From Gemmatimonadota bacterium (GTDB lineage Bacteria; Gemmatimonadota; Gemmatimonadetes; Gemmatimonadales; GWC2-71-9): a stretch of DNA of 64,000 nt. Made by a program: the position numbers and the translations under genes. Below the pieces are notes generated by a model. It did not search any database. It had not been told where the DNA came from and worked only from the letters and a program-made list of their open reading frames with translations. The DNA lies in assembly GCA_039586365.1 (NCBI GenBank), contig JBDHKN010000026.1, forward strand, positions 1 through 64,000. Direction: 5' to 3'. Numbering within the stretch: the stretch's first letter is position 1; each line of letters starts with the position of its first letter. Shown here in pieces: positions 19,755 through 29,690 of the stretch.

Positions 19755-20812
19755 CTCGTTGGCTCTGGGTGGAACGGAAGTTGTCGGCCAGGTTGGTGCG
19801 TCTAGCGCTACTCCCACCGTCACTAGTCTTCCGCTCGATCGCCGCTGCCCGAGCCAGGGGTTACCGAGCTCGCTGGTTTGCGCAGGTTGCGCTCCCAGCA
19901 CCCACTGTCTCGGTGGGTAACCTCACGGTTGGAGGATCGGGGAAGACGCCAATCGCAGCTTGGATCGCCAGGTACTTCGTAGCACGGGGTAGACGTCCCG
20001 GTATCCTATTGCGGGGCTACGGCGGTGATGAAGGCAAGGTGCACGGGAACCTCGTACCCGAAGCCATCGTGGTTGAAGATCCCAACAGGGTCCGCGGCGC
20101 CGGCGATGCCCTCAAACGCGGGGCTGACGTACTGGTACTTGATGACGCATACCAACGGCTGGACGTAGATCGAGACCTGAACATCGCGGTTGTCAGTGCC
20201 GAATCCGGTAGAGCCGTGCCGTGGACACTCCCCGCTGGGCCGTGGCGCGAGGGGTGGCGAGCTCTGAGACGGGCCGACCTCGTCATTGTTACGCGCAAGC
20301 GCGCGACACTGGATGCTGCGAGGATGTTAGCCCGCAGGGCAGAGCGGGTGGTGCGAAACCGCCCAGTAGCGATAGTTAAGCTTGGCATTACTGCCTTTGA
20401 GGGCATGGTGAGTGGCGAGCGTATCGACGTGGGTCGGATCTCTGGCGCGCAGTTAGCAGCTGCTGCCGCAGTGGCCGATCCGGACTCGTTCGCTGCCCAA
20501 TGTCGTGCGATGGGAGCAACTGTACAGCTGCTTTGTTGGGAGGACCACCACCGCTTTTCAGAACGTGATGTTCGGCGTATCGCCGACGCGGCGCAGAGGG
20601 CCGACCATGTTGTCGTGACTGAGAAGGACGCCGTCAAACTGCGTCATCTCTGGCCAGATCATCTGTCGGAGCCCTGGGTCGCTGTCCTGGGGCTCGCCTG
20701 GGAGCATGGTGGCGACCTGGTAAGGGCCGCTCTTGATACCCTGATCGTCGATGTGGAGCAGATGCTGTCCGACTCGGGTGAATGGCACGCACTCCGCGGG
20801 CTCCCTGTCTGA
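19745..20812 (+). CDS. lpxK: Tetraacyldisaccharide 4'-kinase
   Basis: SVGNLTVGGSGKTP, LLRGYG, LDDAYQR, DHH and TEKDAVK motifs. GTG 19745 start inferred. Confidence 0.92.
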   Translation: MPVARWLWVERKLSARLVRLALLPPSLVFRSIAAARARGYRARWFAQVALPAPTVSVGNLTVGGSGKTPIAAWIARYFVARGRRPGILLRGYGGDEGKVHGNLVPEAIVVEDPNRVRGAGDALKRGADVLVLDDAYQRLDVDRDLNIAVVSAESGRAVPWTLPAGPWREGWRALRRADLVIVTRKRATLDAARMLARRAERVVRNRPVAIVKLGITAFEGMVSGERIDVGRISGAQLAAAAAVADPDSFAAQCRAMGATVQLLCWEDHHRFSERDVRRIADAAQRADHVVVTEKDAVKLRHLWPDHLSEPWVAVLGLAWEHGGDLVRAALDTLIVDVEQMLSDSGEWHALRGLPV

Positions 20813-21282
20813 TGGTAGTCTACCTTGTCGCGGTAGGCAGGTTGAAGAGCGCGCCCTTGCGCGAAGCCTGTCAGGGATACCAACAGCGATCGCGACGATA
20901 CATGAAGTTCGAGGTACGAGAGGTTCGCGACGGCAGCAGGCGGGATGACCAAGCTCACCATGCGCGACGGATAGAAGGGGAGTCGTTGCTCAGGGCTGTC
21001 CCGAGTGATGCACTGCTGGTTGCGCTCACTAGAGATGGCCAAGAAATGACCAGCGGTGACTTTGCCAGGCATCTCGAGGAATGGCAGCGCCGGAATCGGG
21101 ATGTCGCATTTGTTATAGGTGGGGCCCACGGGCTGGATGCAGCTGTCCTCGATGCGGCTGATCAGAGATTGAGTCTCTCACCGATGACACTGCCCCACGA
21201 AATTGCACGGCTGACTTTACTGGAACAACTCTACCGGGCATGTACCATCATCAGAGGGGAGCCATATCACAAAGGCGGGTGA
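20812..21282 (+). CDS. rlmH: 23S rRNA m3Psi1915 methyltransferase
   Basis: FVIGGAHG, LSLSPMTLPH and EQLYRA..GEPYHK motifs. Confidence 0.95.
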   Translation: MVVYLVAVGRLKSAPLREACQGYQQRSRRYMKFEVREVRDGSRRDDQAHHARRIEGESLLRAVPSDALLVALTRDGQEMTSGDFARHLEEWQRRNRDVAFVIGGAHGLDAAVLDAADQRLSLSPMTLPHEIARLTLLEQLYRACTIIRGEPYHKGG

Positions 21283-22007
21283 GCGTGACGGAATGGTTCG
21301 AACAGTGGTTCGGAGAAGAATACCTCAGACTGTATCCTCACCGTGACGAGGACGACGCGGCGGAGGCCGTCGCGCTGATCGTGGACAATGTGAGACTTGA
21401 AGAGTCCCGGGTGCTGGATCTAGCATGTGGTCCAGGCCGACACGCCATCCAGCTCCGCTCCGAGGGAGCTTGGGTGGTAGGGTTTGATTTGTCGTTGCCG
21501 TTGCTGAGTCGCGCTCGCCATCGGGATCCGGACCCGCTGTACGTTGTTCGCGGTGACATGAGGTACCTGCCGTTCGCGCGTGGCTCATTTGACGTGGTCG
21601 TGAACCTATTCACTAGCTTCGGCTATTTCTCCGACGACCGGCAACATGGTCTCGTCCTCACCGAGGTTGCGACGGTGCTGAGGCCCGGTGGCGTGCTCGT
21701 GCTCGACTACTTCAACACGGCTGACCTCATGGGCTCGTTGGTGTCGCATGAGGAACGGGCCATCGGGAACCAACGCGTCGTGATCGAGCGTCGGATATCG
21801 GATGACGGGAGATACGTTCTGAAGGAGATGCACTTGCTGAATGACGGCAGGAGCTTCCTCGAGCGTGTTCGTATGTTCACCTTGAACGAACTCGAGACCC
21901 TGGTCAGCGAGGCCGGTCTCTGCATCCGCCAGCGGTTTGGAGATTACTCTGGAAGCCCACTGACCGCAGAGAGCCCGCGAGTGCTGATGGTAGCCACGCG
22001 TCCATGA
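21279..22007 (+). CDS. Class I SAM-dependent methyltransferase (candidate bacillithiol N-methyltransferase)
   Basis: VLDLACGPGRH, GDMR and NLFTSFGYF motifs. Stop overlaps the bshC start. Confidence 0.85.
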   Translation: MSVTEWFEQWFGEEYLRLYPHRDEDDAAEAVALIVDNVRLEESRVLDLACGPGRHAIQLRSEGAWVVGFDLSLPLLSRARHRDPDPLYVVRGDMRYLPFARGSFDVVVNLFTSFGYFSDDRQHGLVLTEVATVLRPGGVLVLDYFNTADLMGSLVSHEERAIGNQRVVIERRISDDGRYVLKEMHLLNDGRSFLERVRMFTLNELETLVSEAGLCIRQRFGDYSGSPLTAESPRVLMVATRP

Positions 22008-23545
22008 ACCCCAGCTTCCAGACAGTGCCTCTCGGTGAGCCGCCGATGTTTGACGTGAACGAAGCGGTGCACGGTAGGGAAAAAAAGCTGGACAATACCT
22101 TGAGATCTGCCTTCCTCGCTCACGATAGTGCCACCGATAATCTCGACCGCCTATTCGCTGCGGGATCCCTGTGTGTTACCACCGGCCAACAGCCAGGTGT
22201 GCTCACCGGCCCACTCTTCACCCTATACAAGGGACTCACCGCTGTCGCCCTCGCACAATCGCTCGAAAGAATCCTTGGGAGACCCGTTGTCCCGGTCTTC
22301 TGGGTGGCTGGTGATGATCATGATTTCGCAGAGATCAACCACTGCCACATGGTGACTGTCTCCAACGAGGTTGAGCGCTTGGTCCTCAGAGATCGTGCGC
22401 CGGATGCGCACCTCGTGCCTGCCTACCGTGAGCGGCTCGGTGACGAGATCGACACGGTCATTGGCAAGATTGCCGAAACAACCCCGGAAACCGAATACAA
22501 GAGCGACGTACTTGCATGGGTTCGAGAGCATTATCGTCCCGATGCAGATGTCGCCACGGCTTTTGCCCAGGCCGTATCTGTACTCCTCGGTCGCTTCGGT
22601 TTGGTTGTATTTCAGCCCACACATCCTGCGGCAAAGGGAGTCATGGCGCCCTGGTTAGTCCGGGCGCTCGAGCAGGCAGGAGCTATCGAAACCGCTCTCG
22701 CACAACAGGCAGCGCAGCTGGAAGCTGCTGGGCGCCCAACACCCATACGCACTGGCGGCGGCGCGACGACCGTCATGATTGAAGCAAGCTTGGGACGTGA
22801 CCGACTCATCTACAATGGTGCGTCGTTTGAAACCAGGCGTTCGGGGGAGCAGTGGTCTCTCGCTGAGCTTCGCACGATCGCCGCGACTGAACCGCAGCGC
22901 CTCTCAGCCAACGTCTTGCTGCGACCCGTGGTGGAAGCAGCGATTCTGCCAACGGTGGCCTACGTGGGCGGACCAGGAGAAGTCGCCTACTTGCCCCAAT
23001 CAGACCCGGCCTACCGAATCCTCGGTGTGAGGCCGCAGGCCAGAGTGGCACGTTGGGCTGGACGCGTCGTCGAACAGCGGATCGCGAAGGTGCTGAACAA
23101 GTATGGCATCGCCGCTGAACAGTTGGATGCTCCAGAAGGGCAATTGGAGGCCACCCTGGTGCAGGCCGACATGCCCACGGCAGCCGCAGCTGCCGTGGAG
23201 ACACTGCGCAGCACGCTCTCGAGCCAATACGAACGCCTGGCCGAGGCAGCTGCCAGTCTGGATGCTACCCTCGAGAGACCCGTACGATCCGAGGGGCAAG
23301 CCGCTCTACGACGGTTGACCGCTATAGAGAAGCGTCTGGTTGGGCAACTCAAGAAGCGCAACGAGGTCCTCAATCAACAACTGGCCAAAGCGCGAGCCAA
23401 CCTCTTCCCACTCGGACAAGCCCAAGAGCGCGTCTTGAATGTGGTACCCTTCCTGATTCGCTACGGAGACGCGTTCGTGGATGGAATATCCGAACGGTGC
23501 ACCGAATGGACAGCTGCACTTGAAACTGCCTCCGGACAGACGTAG
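22004..23545 (+). CDS. bshC: Bacillithiol biosynthesis cysteine-adding enzyme
   Basis: VTTGQQ..GPLFTLYK, PVFWVAGDDHDFAEI, SANVLLRP, YVGGPGEVAY and QERVLN motifs. Confidence 0.93.
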   Translation: MNPSFQTVPLGEPPMFDVNEAVHGREKKLDNTLRSAFLAHDSATDNLDRLFAAGSLCVTTGQQPGVLTGPLFTLYKGLTAVALAQSLERILGRPVVPVFWVAGDDHDFAEINHCHMVTVSNEVERLVLRDRAPDAHLVPAYRERLGDEIDTVIGKIAETTPETEYKSDVLAWVREHYRPDADVATAFAQAVSVLLGRFGLVVFQPTHPAAKGVMAPWLVRALEQAGAIETALAQQAAQLEAAGRPTPIRTGGGATTVMIEASLGRDRLIYNGASFETRRSGEQWSLAELRTIAATEPQRLSANVLLRPVVEAAILPTVAYVGGPGEVAYLPQSDPAYRILGVRPQARVARWAGRVVEQRIAKVLNKYGIAAEQLDAPEGQLEATLVQADMPTAAAAAVETLRSTLSSQYERLAEAAASLDATLERPVRSEGQAALRRLTAIEKRLVGQLKKRNEVLNQQLAKARANLFPLGQAQERVLNVVPFLIRYGDAFVDGISERCTEWTAALETASGQT

Positions 23546-23554
23546 TATCTGCGC

Positions 23555-23833
23555 ATGCTCTGGCTCCTTGGGTTTGTCCTCTTGTTGATCGCACTTCTGA
23601 TCCCGATTCTCGCGATCGTGCTAGACTCCCCGGTTGCCCGTAACCTGGTTCGCAGAACGGATCCTGGGTTGATAGATGAGATTGCGAGGCGTCTCCAGGC
23701 TCTGGAGGACGACGTCTCAAACCTAGAGCATTCCGTCGAGACGTTGAGAGAGGAAACCCAATTCGTCCAACGTCTGCTGGAAAAGCCTGACGGTCCAGAC
23801 TCCCCTAGACAGCTCTCCCCACCCGAGTCCTGA
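23555..23833 (+). CDS. Small membrane-anchored coiled-coil hypothetical protein
   Basis: N-terminal TM helix followed by a coiled coil. Fills the gap between bshC and murJ. Confidence 0.7.
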   Translation: MLWLLGFVLLLIALLIPILAIVLDSPVARNLVRRTDPGLIDEIARRLQALEDDVSNLEHSVETLREETQFVQRLLEKPDGPDSPRQLSPPES

Positions 23834-23837
23834 TCAC

Positions 23838-25367
23838 ATGCGTCCGTCGCAGGGGCGACTTGCTGCCCGTGTCGGCGCCGGTATTCTAGTAACGCGTGTC
23901 CTAGGATTCGTCAGGGAACGTGTCTTTGCACACTACTTTGGGACCGGAGTTGAGGCCGACGCCTTCGGTGCAGCTCTCAGAATACCCAACGTCATTCGCA
24001 ACCTCCTTGGCGAGGGCACTCTTTCAGCCTCGTTCATTCCCGTCTACGCGGGAATGATCGAGCGAGGCGAGACCGAGGATGCTCGACGGCTGAGCGGTGT
24101 GATTGTCTCACTGTTGGTCTTGCTGACCGCAATTGGGGCTCTCCTCGGCGTATTGCTGGCCCCAGTCATCACGGATTTTGCCGCCCCGGGATTCACTGGC
24201 CGGCAGCGTGATCTAACGGTCACACTCGTCAAGATACTGTTCCCCATGTCAGGCGCTCTGATACTATCAGCATGGTGTCTAGGCATACTGAACACTCACC
24301 GCCGGTTCTTCCTAGCATATTCGGCACCGGCGGTGTGGAATATTGCGCAGATAGCCACGCTGGTGGCGCTGGGTTCTCGGCTAACGGGCACGCCACTTGT
24401 CGTGGCCCTCGCGTGGGGAGCGGTTGCAGGAAGCCTGCTCCAAATCCTGGTACAGCTTCCCCTTGTCCTCCGGTTGATCAACAAGGTTCGGTGGAGCTTG
24501 CGGTCAAGTACACCGGGTGTGCGGCCAGTAGTACGTGCATGGATCCCCGTGATCATCGGTGCGGGAGTGGTGCAGATATCGAGCATCGTTGATACGCAAC
24601 TGGCGTCACTCCTCGGCCCTGGCGCTGTAGCGACTCTGAGGTATGCCCAGCTCATCGCGATCCTCCCAGTCTCCCTTTTTGGAGTGAGCGTAGCCGCGGT
24701 TGCCCTACCGGAACTCAGCCGTGACGTGGCCGTGCAGGACGGCGCCCTGCTGAGACTCAGGATCGCAACCGGCCTGCGACAGGTTGCCTTTTTTGCCATC
24801 CCGTCGGCATTCGCCCTCGCGGCGCTTGGACCCCAGCTCGCGGGGGCATTGTTCCAGACGGGTGCCTTTGATTCACGGGACACAGAACTGGTGGGCGGCG
24901 TATTGGCGGCGTACGCACTTGCGGTACCCGCACAAGCCTCGATCAAGCTATTGGCTTCGGGTCACTACGCGCAGGGGAACACCAAAACCCCTGTGCGCAT
25001 CGCGGTCGTCGCGGTCGTGTTCGCGGCCGCCTCGGCCTTCCTGCTGATGCGATATCTGGGTGCTGCAGGCATCGCCTTGGGAGCCGCTGCCGGTGCATAC
25101 ACCAATGCGTTCCTAAACTATGCTAAGCTCAGAAGTAGGTTGGGTAGCATCACGGGACCTCTCGAAATACGCGCTCTAGCTACCGTTGGCCTTGCGTGCA
25201 CTGTTGCTGCAGCGGGCGCCATGGGAGTAGTCGTCTGGCGGCCTGCGGACCCGGTCTGGCTCGTGGCAGTCGCTGCCTCGGTCACGTTCTGCTTGCTGTA
25301 CGGTGCTGTGACAGTCGCGCTCGCCAACCCTGAAGCCCGCAAGATCCTAAGCACTCTGCAGAGGTAA
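23838..25367 (+). CDS. murJ: Lipid II flippase
   Basis: RVLGFVRE and RIPNVIRNLLGEGTLSASFIP motifs; many TM helices. Confidence 0.94.
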   Translation: MRPSQGRLAARVGAGILVTRVLGFVRERVFAHYFGTGVEADAFGAALRIPNVIRNLLGEGTLSASFIPVYAGMIERGETEDARRLSGVIVSLLVLLTAIGALLGVLLAPVITDFAAPGFTGRQRDLTVTLVKILFPMSGALILSAWCLGILNTHRRFFLAYSAPAVWNIAQIATLVALGSRLTGTPLVVALAWGAVAGSLLQILVQLPLVLRLINKVRWSLRSSTPGVRPVVRAWIPVIIGAGVVQISSIVDTQLASLLGPGAVATLRYAQLIAILPVSLFGVSVAAVALPELSRDVAVQDGALLRLRIATGLRQVAFFAIPSAFALAALGPQLAGALFQTGAFDSRDTELVGGVLAAYALAVPAQASIKLLASGHYAQGNTKTPVRIAVVAVVFAAASAFLLMRYLGAAGIALGAAAGAYTNAFLNYAKLRSRLGSITGPLEIRALATVGLACTVAAAGAMGVVVWRPADPVWLVAVAASVTFCLLYGAVTVALANPEARKILSTLQR

Positions 25368-25443
25368 GCGTAGGGAGAGGTGTGCAGGGGGCAGGGCATT
25401 CCACGGACGAGCCTGGCCCACGAAGACTCGTTAGGTTTCTCGC

Positions 25444-27252
25444 ATGTCGGAGCCTCCATCCAAGATCGCACTCAAGATAGGGTCGCTACCGAACGGTCCG
25501 GGGGTGTACCTCTGGAAGGACCGAGGAGACAAGGTCCTGTACGTGGGGAAAGCGAAACGGCTCCGCCAGCGGGTGCGCAGTTATTTCGCCAGCGACCACT
25601 CCGCCAATCCCAAAGCTCGCATCCTGGCCCGCCTGATCGATGACCTGGAGACTATCGTCGTCAGATCGGAGGCCGAAGCCCTGTTGCTGGAAAACAACCT
25701 GATCAAGGAACACAGGCCGCGGTTCAACATTCAGCTGCGTGACGACAAGAGTTATCCTCATGTTGCGGTTACCCTGAATGAGCCGTTCCCGCGACTCCTC
25801 GTCGTGAGGAGGCTCGACATCCCGGGGGCCCGCTACTTTGGACCGTACACAGATGTGATGGTCCTGCGCCGTACACTGAGGGTGATTCGGAGAGTATTCA
25901 CGGTCCGTTCTTGTCACTATGCGCTCCTCGAAGAGGTTCCCGAGCGACCTTGTCTGGATTACCACATAAACAGATGTCTTGCGCCGTGCGCCGGGCTTCA
26001 GTCCAAGAACTCCTACAAGAGTATGATCGAGGATGTGGTGGCATTCCTGGAGGGAAGGACCGTCGAGGTGCGGACCCGGTTGCGGCGTCGCATGGAGGAA
26101 GCCTCTGGAGGACTCGAGTTCGAGCGAGCGGCGGAAATCCGTAACTCGCTCAAGTGGCTCGACCAACTCGAACAGCCGCAGACGGTTCAGGTCGTTGGCG
26201 GCGGTGATGCCGACGCGATCGGATTCGCGCGCGACGGCGACGATGCTGTGTGCACCGTCATGCGAGTGAGGGGTGGCAAGATCGTCGGGAGCGAGCAGAG
26301 GTTCCTGCGCAACGTGGAACACGAGGCTGACGACAGTATCTTGAGAGCATTCCTATTGCGCCATTACCTCCCCTCGGCAACCAGCGCCGGACGAGTCATT
26401 CTCCCGTTCCTTCCCAGCGAGCTGGAGGCTGTGGCGGCGTTGTTGGAGCACACGGAGTTGGTGGTTCCGCAGCGGGGGAGGAACCGACGCTTGGTGGAAC
26501 TCGCTGATCAGAATGCGCGTCACGCGCTCGAGAGTTTTCTCATCGAATCGTTCGAAACGGACGAAAGGGCAGAGGACCCGGTGTACGCACTGGGGCGCGA
26601 CCTGGGCCTGACGGTGCTGCCTCGGAATCTCGTCTGTGTTGATGTGTCGACTGCTCAGGGATCCGATACGGTAGGGTCGCTAGTCTGGTTTGAGGGTGGC
26701 CGGCCGAAGCGAAGTGAGTATCGTCGCTTCAAGATCAAGGGCGCAGGGCAACAGGACGATTTCGCCGCTGTCCACGAGGTCCTGACGCGGTACATTACCC
26801 GTCGGCTGCATGAGGACAAGGTACTACCGGATCTGGTCATAGTTGACGGTGGAAAAGGCCAGCTTGCCGCAGCTCAAGCAGCACTCGAGGCAACGGGATA
26901 TCAGGACCTGGCGATAGCGAGTTTGGCCAAGAGAGAGGAAGAGGTGTTTCTGCCCGGTAGGAAAGAGAGCCTCCGGCTGCCTCGGCGTGCGCCATCTTTG
27001 CGACTGCTGCAGCGCGCTCGCGACGAGGCACACCGAGTCGCTGTCACATACAATCGCAAGCGCCGGAGACAACGCACCATCACCTCGGCTCTCTTGGAGA
27101 TCCCCGGAGTTGGCGACAAGCGACGCCGGCTGCTGCTGGAGAGATTCGGAAGTCTAGCAGGTGTTGCGTTGGCCACGCCGGACGAAATAGCGGCGCTACC
27201 AGGCTTCTCGCTGAAGCTGGCTCAACGGATACTCGAACAGGTGAAGAAATGA
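25444..27252 (+). CDS. uvrC: Excinuclease ABC subunit C
   Basis: GIY-YIG domain (PGVYLW..YVGKAK), UVR motif, VDGGKGQL, RDEAHR, C-terminal HhH. Confidence 0.96.
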   Translation: MSEPPSKIALKIGSLPNGPGVYLWKDRGDKVLYVGKAKRLRQRVRSYFASDHSANPKARILARLIDDLETIVVRSEAEALLLENNLIKEHRPRFNIQLRDDKSYPHVAVTLNEPFPRLLVVRRLDIPGARYFGPYTDVMVLRRTLRVIRRVFTVRSCHYALLEEVPERPCLDYHINRCLAPCAGLQSKNSYKSMIEDVVAFLEGRTVEVRTRLRRRMEEASGGLEFERAAEIRNSLKWLDQLEQPQTVQVVGGGDADAIGFARDGDDAVCTVMRVRGGKIVGSEQRFLRNVEHEADDSILRAFLLRHYLPSATSAGRVILPFLPSELEAVAALLEHTELVVPQRGRNRRLVELADQNARHALESFLIESFETDERAEDPVYALGRDLGLTVLPRNLVCVDVSTAQGSDTVGSLVWFEGGRPKRSEYRRFKIKGAGQQDDFAAVHEVLTRYITRRLHEDKVLPDLVIVDGGKGQLAAAQAALEATGYQDLAIASLAKREEEVFLPGRKESLRLPRRAPSLRLLQRARDEAHRVAVTYNRKRRRQRTITSALLEIPGVGDKRRRLLLERFGSLAGVALATPDEIAALPGFSLKLAQRILEQVKK

Positions 27253-28400
27253 CACAGTTCGCTTGGCACTTGGAATGCTCCGATTGCACGAAAACAGCCA
27301 GCCCTGCCGGACTTCCCACGGTATGTCCGGATTGTGGCGCTCCGTGGCTCGTAAGATATCAAACGAAGCCCGACCCGCAGCTGAAGGCTACCTATGCGGA
27401 TCGGCCGTGGTCCATGTGGCGGTACCGGGAGTGGCTTCCCCTCGTTGGCAGTGAGAGCCCGGTGACGCTGGGGGAGGGAGCGACACCGCTCGTGGCGGTG
27501 CCCGAACTTGGCGCACCTCTCGGGATGGAGCGTCTCTGGATCAAGGACGAGGCTCTCAACGCCACGGGGTCGTTCAAGGCACGCGGACTCTCGGCTGCGG
27601 TCACCCGTGCGAGCCTGGGAGGAGCCAAACTCCTCACGACACCGACGGCCGGAAATGCGGGAGTGGCGTTGAGCGCTTACGGTAGGCGAGCCGGACTCAC
27701 CGTTCGGGTGTTTGCCCCACGTACCACTCCCCCAACGATTCTCGAGCAGATTCGCATTTTCGGGGCTGACCTGGAGCTGATTGAGGGTCACATCGGTGAC
27801 TGCGGCAAGGTGGCCCGTGCGTATTCAACCGAGCACGGCGGTTTCGATGTGTCAACACTGCGCGAGCCGTATCGCATTGAGGGCAAGAAGACGTTGGGCC
27901 TCGAGGTGGCGGAGCAGTTGGGTTGGCGGCTGCCGGACGTGCTGATCTACCCGACAGGTGGAGGAACCGGCCTCATCGGGATGTGGAAGGTATTCAACGA
28001 GCTGCGTGAGGCCGGCTGGATTGACGACGACATGCCGCGGCTCTATAGCGTGCAGTCTGATGGCTGTGCGCCAGTTGTGCGGGCGTTCGAGCAGCAGGCG
28101 GAACGGCCCGAGCCCTGGCCCGATCCAGTCACTATCGCCTGGGGCTTGCGCGTTCCCGGACCGCTCGGCGGCAAGCTCATGCTTTCGGCCATTCGCGAGA
28201 CGAACGGTGGCGCAGTGGCGGTGAGCGACGAGACCCTGTCGAACGCGGCTAGGAGAATAGCGTCTACTGCAGCGATCGACGCGTCGCCGGAGGGCGGGGC
28301 GACGCTTGCAGCACTGGAGGTCTTGCTCGATCGCGGCGCAGTGAAGCAGGACGAATCGGTCGTACTGTTCAATACAGGAGCTGGCTGGCTATACCGCTGA
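27249..28400 (+). CDS. thrC: Threonine synthase-like PLP enzyme with N-terminal zinc ribbon
   Basis: CxxC..CxxC, TLGEGATP, NATGSFKARG (PLP Lys), YPTGGG. Exact substrate not provable from sequence. Confidence 0.75.
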   Translation: MTQFAWHLECSDCTKTASPAGLPTVCPDCGAPWLVRYQTKPDPQLKATYADRPWSMWRYREWLPLVGSESPVTLGEGATPLVAVPELGAPLGMERLWIKDEALNATGSFKARGLSAAVTRASLGGAKLLTTPTAGNAGVALSAYGRRAGLTVRVFAPRTTPPTILEQIRIFGADLELIEGHIGDCGKVARAYSTEHGGFDVSTLREPYRIEGKKTLGLEVAEQLGWRLPDVLIYPTGGGTGLIGMWKVFNELREAGWIDDDMPRLYSVQSDGCAPVVRAFEQQAERPEPWPDPVTIAWGLRVPGPLGGKLMLSAIRETNGGAVAVSDETLSNAARRIASTAAIDASPEGGATLAALEVLLDRGAVKQDESVVLFNTGAGWLYR

Positions 28401-28436
28401 TGTACAGGGATATTTAGCCCGAGGTCTTACAGGCTA

Positions 28437-29636
28437 ATGCGGATTGCGATACTAGACCCGTTTGCGGGAATCAGCGGAGACATGCTACTCGGCTCGTTGG
28501 TTGACGCCGGGGTGGACTCTTCATGGCTCGAGGAGCTGCCGCGGTTGTGTGGGTTTCCCCAGGTCGAGGTTCGCATCAGCCGCGTGACCCGCTGTGCGCT
28601 GGCGGCCACTAAGGTTGATTTTCGGATTCCGGAAGGGCCGCACTCGCACGAGCACGGCCATGGCCGTACGATCCGTCAGCTCAAGGAGATCGTGGCGGCG
28701 GCTCAAGTTCAGCATGGGACGAAGCAGTTAGCCCTGCGGGCCTGCGACCTGCTGGGGCAAGCCGAAGGTGCGATTCACGGTATGGCGGCGGACGCGGTAC
28801 ACCTGCATGAAGTGGGCGCGATCGACGCAGTGCTCGACATCGTGGGAGTGATAGAGGGTTTTGGACAACTCGGGCTGGCCGCCATATACAACCTACCAGT
28901 GGCCGCAGGAGACGGTTGGGTTACTGCTGCCCACGGCAAGCTGCCGGTTCCTGCCCCAGCCACCTTGAAGCTGTTGGAAGGCATCGTGGTCCGCAGCGGT
29001 GGCCCGGTAACTGGTGAGGCCACCACCCCCACGGGCGCTGTCCTGGTCCGCGTGTTGTCCGGCGGACGCCCGCCGGGTTACTGGCGTATCGCGGGTTGTG
29101 GTTGGGGCGCCGGGCAGCGCGACCCAAGCGACTATCCCAATGTCCTCCGGTTGATACTGGCCGAGCAAGCCGACGAGGCCGGATTGGTGCAGGTGGTCGC
29201 CACCGACATTGATGACATGGAACCCGAATACCTAGAGCCATTGCGTCAGGCGCTGTTTGAAGCAGGTGCGTTGGACTGTCAAGTCTGGCCCACCCAGGGG
29301 AAGAAAGGGCGCATCAGCCTCAGGCTGGAGGCACTGGTACCGGAAGGCGCCTCCGACAGGGTAGTACAGGCATTGTTCGACAACTCCACGACGACCGGAT
29401 TACGGAGCTGGTCGACCGTTCGGTCCACCCTGGCGCGCAAGGAATTGGTGGTCGAGCTGAACCCTGCGGTAAAGGTTCGGGTAAAAGTACGGGAGGGTCC
29501 CCGAGGCGCCGGGGTCAAACCCGAGTACGATGACGTAGTCCGGGCCGCCCGAGACCTGGGAATTCCAGTGATCGAAGCTGCTCACGAGGCATGGAAGAAG
29601 GCTCGGGACGTTCTGGATAGCGGTCAAGGCGTGTAG
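28437..29636 (+). CDS. larC: Nickel pincer cofactor biosynthesis protein LarC (DUF111)
   Basis: GISGDM, His-rich HSHEHGH, HLHEVGAIDA, HGKLPVPAPAT, TPTGA and KPEYDD motifs. Confidence 0.9.
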   Translation: MRIAILDPFAGISGDMLLGSLVDAGVDSSWLEELPRLCGFPQVEVRISRVTRCALAATKVDFRIPEGPHSHEHGHGRTIRQLKEIVAAAQVQHGTKQLALRACDLLGQAEGAIHGMAADAVHLHEVGAIDAVLDIVGVIEGFGQLGLAAIYNLPVAAGDGWVTAAHGKLPVPAPATLKLLEGIVVRSGGPVTGEATTPTGAVLVRVLSGGRPPGYWRIAGCGWGAGQRDPSDYPNVLRLILAEQADEAGLVQVVATDIDDMEPEYLEPLRQALFEAGALDCQVWPTQGKKGRISLRLEALVPEGASDRVVQALFDNSTTTGLRSWSTVRSTLARKELVVELNPAVKVRVKVREGPRGAGVKPEYDDVVRAARDLGIPVIEAAHEAWKKARDVLDSGQGV

Positions 29637-29690
29637 ATTAATGGGTTGTAGTTGTACCGTGATATTTGGAGAGATTGAGAGGAGATTCTG

